Assembly: GCA_964016885.1 (NCBI GenBank) | Contig: OZ024747.1 | Coordinates: forward strand, 49,104,001 to 49,168,000 | Source of the DNA: Eledone cirrhosa | Taxonomy: Eukaryota | Reading direction: 5' to 3' | DNA: 64,000 bases | Part shown: piece after piece, positions 58,560-64,000 of the stretch | How the letters are laid out: every line of letters starts with the position of its first letter | Numbering within the stretch: the stretch's first letter is position 1 | Made by a program: the position numbers and the translations under genes | Notes under the pieces: generated by a model | Told to the model about the DNA's origin: nothing | Databases searched by the model: none | The model's input: the letters and a program-made list of their open reading frames with translations, nothing else

Positions 58560-60580
58560 TTAAAATATGTTTTATTATATATATTATATATTTTATTATA
58601 TATTATTATATATTATATATTTTATTATATATATTTCGGAGGTACTGTGTTGTTTTTTCAGTACGTCCCCATCAGATAAAATACATAAATTGATGTATGA
58701 CATACCTCAACTGTGCTGATGGTTCAATTCCAGTCTTGGCAGTGATTTATTACAACAAAACTCAATGTTTATGTACCACAAGTAAAAGTGTGACAAACTA
58801 AATATGATAGAGAGGGATAATTAGCGAGATATAAATATTAGGAGTGGGTGAGTAGGAGAACGTATAGAATAAGTAAATAAATAAATAAATAAATAAATAA
58901 CTAAATAAAAAAATAAAAAAACACATAAGTATATAAATGTTAAATATTTAAATATGTAAATATCTGTGTTATAGAAAAGGACAAAAGAGAGACAGAGTGC
59001 TAAATAGAAGATAAAAGGGGAAAAGATACAAAGATGAAGATAAAAAGAAGGGAGAGGGAGATAGAGATGATAGAATATGTAACTGCATAAGGAAAAGAGA
59101 TAAAAAAGAAAGAAAGAGAGAAAGAAGAGAGGGACATGATGCGTGACCATTTTTTTTTTCAAATATTAATCAGGTAGAAGCGATCAATTAAATGCCATGA
59201 AATTTTAATCTATTGTATTTGGTAAATTATACTATTATATTACATCAAAATTGAACAATATAAAATATTTTCAATGATAATCAGGAGCATAATTAAATTA
59301 ATAAATATATTCAATATTTAGTTACAAAATTCAAAGTCTGAAATATTATTAAGTACCAATGATGTTTATAAATATAGTAAATAAGTATGAGAGTATTTAT
59401 CATAACTTAATTGTATATCAGCATCTGTATATGCATTTTATATAATATAATGTTTAAAATTATAAATATTATAAACAATATTATTTAAAACAATAGTTGT
59501 CAATTACATATAGGGTTAATTATTAGTTATATTTACTCTTAAAAGTATTATTATTTCTATTCATCCAAATCTTATTGTATTCAATACTATAGGTCAAGTT
59601 AAATACAGATTATTACAGCTTATTAATCAATTATGATAAAACACGATAAATGTAAACAAAAGCTCCGTACAATATATCTAAACGTTTGAATTAACTAAAA
59701 GGTTTGAAATCCTGAATGTAAACAAAAGCTCCGTACAACATATCTCAACGTTTAAATTAACTAAAAGGTTTGAAAGCCTGAAGGTATTTCAGATCTCAAA
59801 TTTAGAAAATTTAAGACATAACATGAGGATTCAAAAACCAAACTAAAGGTATTTAGTCAATCAAGAGATTAACTTACTATATAAAAGAAGCGATATGTAT
59901 TTCCTAAGGTGAGGTAAAACATTTTACATAATACTAATAAAAACAATAATTATTAATAAAAGTCAATATCTTTTCTCACTCAGTCAATGTTTTTTCCTAA
60001 ATTTATATGATGCTTGAAATGTTTTTATAGATTTATGGGGGCAATTTGAAAATAACTCACTTTTTTTATTAATTAAATTACCATAATTAACAATTATTAA
60101 TAGAGTCTCAAAATTGCAAAGATTTACAGTTAGGTGAAATGGAATGGTTCCGATAGGATTCTGAGTTTCTAAGTTTAATCCAAGAAATTGAGTATTTCAT
60201 ATTTTTCTCTTTTAAAGACCATATTAATTATGATAATGAGGTAGAAAATTGTTTATCTGGATTAGAAAAAGAATGTTTATGATTGGAAAATCTAAGTTTA
60301 AAGTTTGATGAAGTTGCACGTATGTAGTTATAAGTAATATTATTATTTGTTTTAATGGTACATTTATATACTAAATTCTTATCAAGGCAGTTATTTTGTA
60401 AAGGGCATTCGGATTTCCTTCTACAGTTACAGTTCAATTTCATGTTATTTCTATAATCTAAACTGTTCATATTATCATTGTTAATATTTGTAGGTGTTCT
60501 ACAATATGTGTTTAAATTATTGTTATTGTTATTCTCAATAACTATTGTATTATTATTATTACTATTGTTATTGTCGTTAA
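58560..60580 (-). mobile_element. Penelope-like element 3' part: GIY-YIG remnant, AT-rich 3' region, terminal HHR
   Basis: NCNCRRKSECPLQNNCLDKNLVYKC..NYI.ATSSNFKLRFSNHKHSF..STSLS; 66-bp tandem duplication at 59650-59782. Confidence 0.78.
58619..58682 (-). ncRNA. Type I hammerhead ribozyme (ATTTTAT family), A9G
   Basis: attttat-CTGATGG-ggacgtactg-..-cagtacctcc-GAAA-tatata-TA-ataaaat. Confidence 0.8.
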
Positions 60581-60587
60581 TTATATA

Positions 60588-60742
60588 ATAATTGTTTCTA
60601 CTTTTGGCACAAGGCCAGCAATTATTCCAGTGTATTACTGGTACTTTATTTTATCGACCCTGTAAGGGTGAAAGGCAAAGTTAACCTCGTCGGCGGGATT
60701 TGAACTCAGATCATAAAGGGAGGTAACTCTATGCTTCAAAGC
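60588..60742 (-). mobile_element. SINE family A, 5'-truncated
   Basis: Family match. Confidence 0.9.
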
Positions 60743-61415
60743 ATAATAATAATAATGCTTTCTTTATTAACCACAAGGGTTTACACAAAGTAGACATTAA
60801 GGATAGTACAGGACAATACAGGACGGTACAAATGGGCATTTCTGCGTGTAAAAAAAAAAAAAACAGAGGATGTAACAAAAAAGAAACAATGAAAAATTCT
60901 CCAATAGGGGGGAGACTTCCGAGGGACATTCATGGAGAAAGCCCATTAAAAAAGCCACGGTGACCCTGACCACCAGGACAAGTGCCTTCTCCCAGTTTTC
61001 CACCTTCAATTTACAGGCACATACTCAGAGTAGACCCATTCACTCGGGCTATTCTTGCCTCTCTCACCCATCTTTCAAGAAAAAGCTGGGAAAAGAGCAC
61101 TTCCCTCTCTACCCTGATTTTCCTTTTCAAATGAAATTTGAAAAAGTTAATCAGGGCATCACCGAAGAGGTAAGTGCTCGCCTTCAGCCTTTTCAAACGC
61201 GTCCACCATACTCTCTCTTTCGCCATGGCCACCAGACAGATAAAAACTGCCTGCTCTTCCCGGCTAAAGGAAGAGGGCGGGGGAATCCTTACGATGGACT
61301 CAGCTGATAGCAGGATCCGTCCTACACGCGACAGCAGGTGTTCGACATAAACCCACAAGTCAGCAATGCTCGGACACTGGACAAGTGCGTGCAGGACGGT
61401 TTCGTCGCCCTGCGT
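60743..61415 (-). mobile_element. Tx1-like LINE 3' end, same family as 10460-13546
   Basis: ETVLHALVQCP..VWWTR; 3'UTR near-identical to 13310-13546; (ATT)n tail. Confidence 0.93.
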
Positions 61416-61772
61416 GCACAAGGCCAGCAATCACCCAGTACATTACTGGTACTTTATTTTATCGACCTCGTAAGGATGAAAGGCAAAGTTAACCTCGGCG
61501 GGATTTGAACTCAGACTGTAAAGGGACGTAACTATGCTAGAAAGCATGGCGTCCAACCCTCTACCGATACTGCCAATAATAATAATTATTATTTCTACTT
61601 TCGGCACAAGGCCAGTAATTACCCAGTACATTACTGGTACTTTATTTTATCGACCTCGTAAGGATGAAAGGCAAAGTTAACCTTGGCGGGATTTGAACTC
61701 AGATCGTAAAGGGACGTAACTCTGCTGGAAAGCATGTCCAACCCTCTACTAATTCTGCCAATCCACCGCCCT
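61416..61772 (-). mobile_element. Two family-A SINEs in tandem (61416-61576, 61590-61772)
   Basis: Family match; separated by (AAT)n. Confidence 0.92.
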
Positions 61773-61773
61773 T

Positions 61774-63610
61774 TAATAATAATAATAATAATGATTTCAT
61801 TTATTGGCCACAAGGGCCGACATATAGGGGGCAATACAAAAGACTGGGACAGTGGGGGTTTATATATACAACGTTTAAACAATAATAACGATAACAAAAT
61901 AACAAGAAAAATACAAGAAAAATTCCCCAATAGAGATGACCACCCAGGGTTCACTCAGGTACCCCACCAATCCTGAACGACCCAGCGCTTCAAGAGCACC
62001 CGGAAAGGGCACCCCTCTCCTCCTCAAATTTACCCACCTACAGGCGCATGATCAGAGTAGGCCCACTCACACGGGCCATTCTCGCCACATTCACCCACCT
62101 TTCAGCAAATGTACTGGGGAGCAACACTTCTCTCTCCACCCTCACCTTCCTTTCCAAGTGGAACTTGAAAACGTTGATGAGGGATTGGCCAAAGAGAAAC
62201 GTGTTTGTCTTCAGTCCTTTCAACCTAGTCCACCATACAACCTCTTTCGCTACTGCCACCAGGCAGAGGAAAATTGCCTGCCCTTCCTGGCCAAAAGAAG
62301 GCGGCGAGTCAATCTTCACTATGGACTCGGCCGATAGCCGGATCCGTTCTACACGCGACAACAGCTGTTCAACATAACTCCACAAGTCAGTAATGCACGG
62401 ACACTGGACGAGTGCATGCAGAACGGTTTCGTCGCTCTGCGCGCATCTCGGGCAGGTCCGCCTGACAGCACTTCCGTGCCTGTAGAGTTTATCTCGAACC
62501 GGCAGTGCCCCCCGGTAGCACTGCCAAGCGAGGGATTTTTGGCAATTATCCATCGTACCCGGCTCGAAAGTCCTCCGGAACAGACTGGTTAGTTCGACTT
62601 CGTCGACGCCCAGAGCCTCTCCGAGTGCGTTGCCGTACTTGCCCACCACTAATCCTCTATAGAACTCGAGAGTGGAAGTTCCATTGACCGCATTGCCCGC
62701 CTGGGCAATGAGTGCCTGGCAACATTCCAGATGCCAATCACCCAGTCTCGGTTCTTCTTGACCCAGGACTGTAGCTCAGTCAAAGAGACGAGCTGCGGAA
62801 AGGCCCGTCTGACAAACGGTGACCACACCTGTTCACAGTTGAGGCAGAATATCTGGAGATGCCACAGCCTCAACGCGTATCTGCGCATCATTAGCGACGG
62901 CATACCCAGCCCTCCACGTAGAGGGTGCTGGCAACAGATGGACCACCTCACCAACGGAACCTGACCCCTCCACAAGAATTTGAAGAGGCACCGTTCCAAG
63001 CTGGCGAGGCGCGAACGGGGGCAAGGCAAAATGGTCAGGCGGTAGTAGATGACGGACGTGATGTACGCGTTCGACATCTCCGCCCGACCTTTCAGTGATA
63101 GCTTTCTCGCAGCCCAGGGAGGAGAGAGGGCACCCTTGACGAACTGATCGGGAGATCTGAAACGGTTCCGAGAGGTGGCCATTAACTTTGACCACCGAGC
63201 AGATGCCGCTGTGCATTGCAGCGATCCAGCTTCTGAAGACGGGGCCGAAGCCAGCTGTCTTGAGGACAGCCTCCAGATACCGATGCTCGACCCTATCGAA
63301 TGCTTTCGATTGATCTAAATTGATCAGAGCCCCACCGAAGCCAGGTTTACACCATACTCTCTCTATTATGTATCGCATGAGGTGGAGGTTGTCGTGTATG
63401 GACCTGCTTGGGATTGCGCAAGTTTGCGCCTCCCCGACCAAATCCTCGACGACAAACGCCAACCTCTTCGCTAACACCTTGGCCAAAATGTTGGCGAAAG
63501 GCCTCACACATTCGCTTGGAATCGCTCAGCTCGTGTCCGTCTCGGTCCGTCAAAGACCGAATCGTGGTTTTGTTACCCCGCTGCGCCTCTGCCACGCGGG
63601 CGTCTACCTT
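61774..63610 (-). mobile_element. Tx1-like LINE (second subfamily) with two internal deletions and an (ATT)n tail
   Basis: LDQSKAFDRV, VRQGCPLS, CPRC..ETVLHALVQC; deletions near 63490 and 63120 relative to 10460-13546. Confidence 0.93.
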
Positions 63611-63611
63611 T

Positions 63612-63818
63612 TGTGCTTATAAAAAAATTTCGTCGTAGATTACCAGGGGTTTAACTTAATTGGGTGCCTGAGAATAAAATGTTCAACCAACCAAAGCCAA
63701 GACGATAGGGTTAAGTAAAAAGGCATTCGACAAACCGAACATGTATTTGTTGTGCTATGGTACAATGAAAGCAATAGTTACAGAGCAGTAAGCATGTGGG
63801 ACTGCAGTGGTGGAGAGT
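63612..63818 (-). mobile_element. Internal fragment of the Helitron family seen at 38038-38872
   Basis: Reverse complement of about 38548-38760. Confidence 0.88.
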
Positions 63819-64000
63819 GGTGTTGTTTTACTCCTTTCAATGTTTCGTCGTATGTTCACCAATTGATGCAGAAGTCCTAATGAAAAGTGAAGTCGATTTG
63901 GGTGAATAGGCAAATAATTTTCCATTACGATTTTTCAAAAGCATGTAATTGCGTTCTTTCTTTTTTTGTTGTTGTTTTTGGTGCTGTTTATATTTTGTTT

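Overview
AT-rich, microsatellite-saturated animal DNA. The SINE families look like those I recall from Octopus, so a cephalopod origin is inferred but not verified. I find no convincing host gene, only one possible 90-nt exon; most ORF-track entries are translated microsatellites. The window is a mosaic of decayed mobile elements: R4/Dong-like RLE non-LTR elements, Tx1/L1-like LINEs, RTE, Penelope-like elements (PLEs), Helitrons, Tc1/mariner and hAT fragments, and tRNA-derived SINEs. The main hidden signal is non-coding. About 25 type I hammerhead ribozyme (HHR) motifs from many sequence families can be folded by eye. They sit in short cassettes next to (TA)n tracts, and seven long fold-back palindromes are present, six of them HHR-associated. 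Highlights are a 521-bp ORF-less unit with a terminal direct repeat and a full HHR (retrozyme/circRNA candidate), two unrelated HHRs with a compensatory U3-A8 core, HHRs with branched stem II insertions, and a head-to-tail stack of six 5'-truncated R4/Dong copies joined by (AAT)n tails. All folds and alignments were done by eye; boundaries of decayed elements are approximate.
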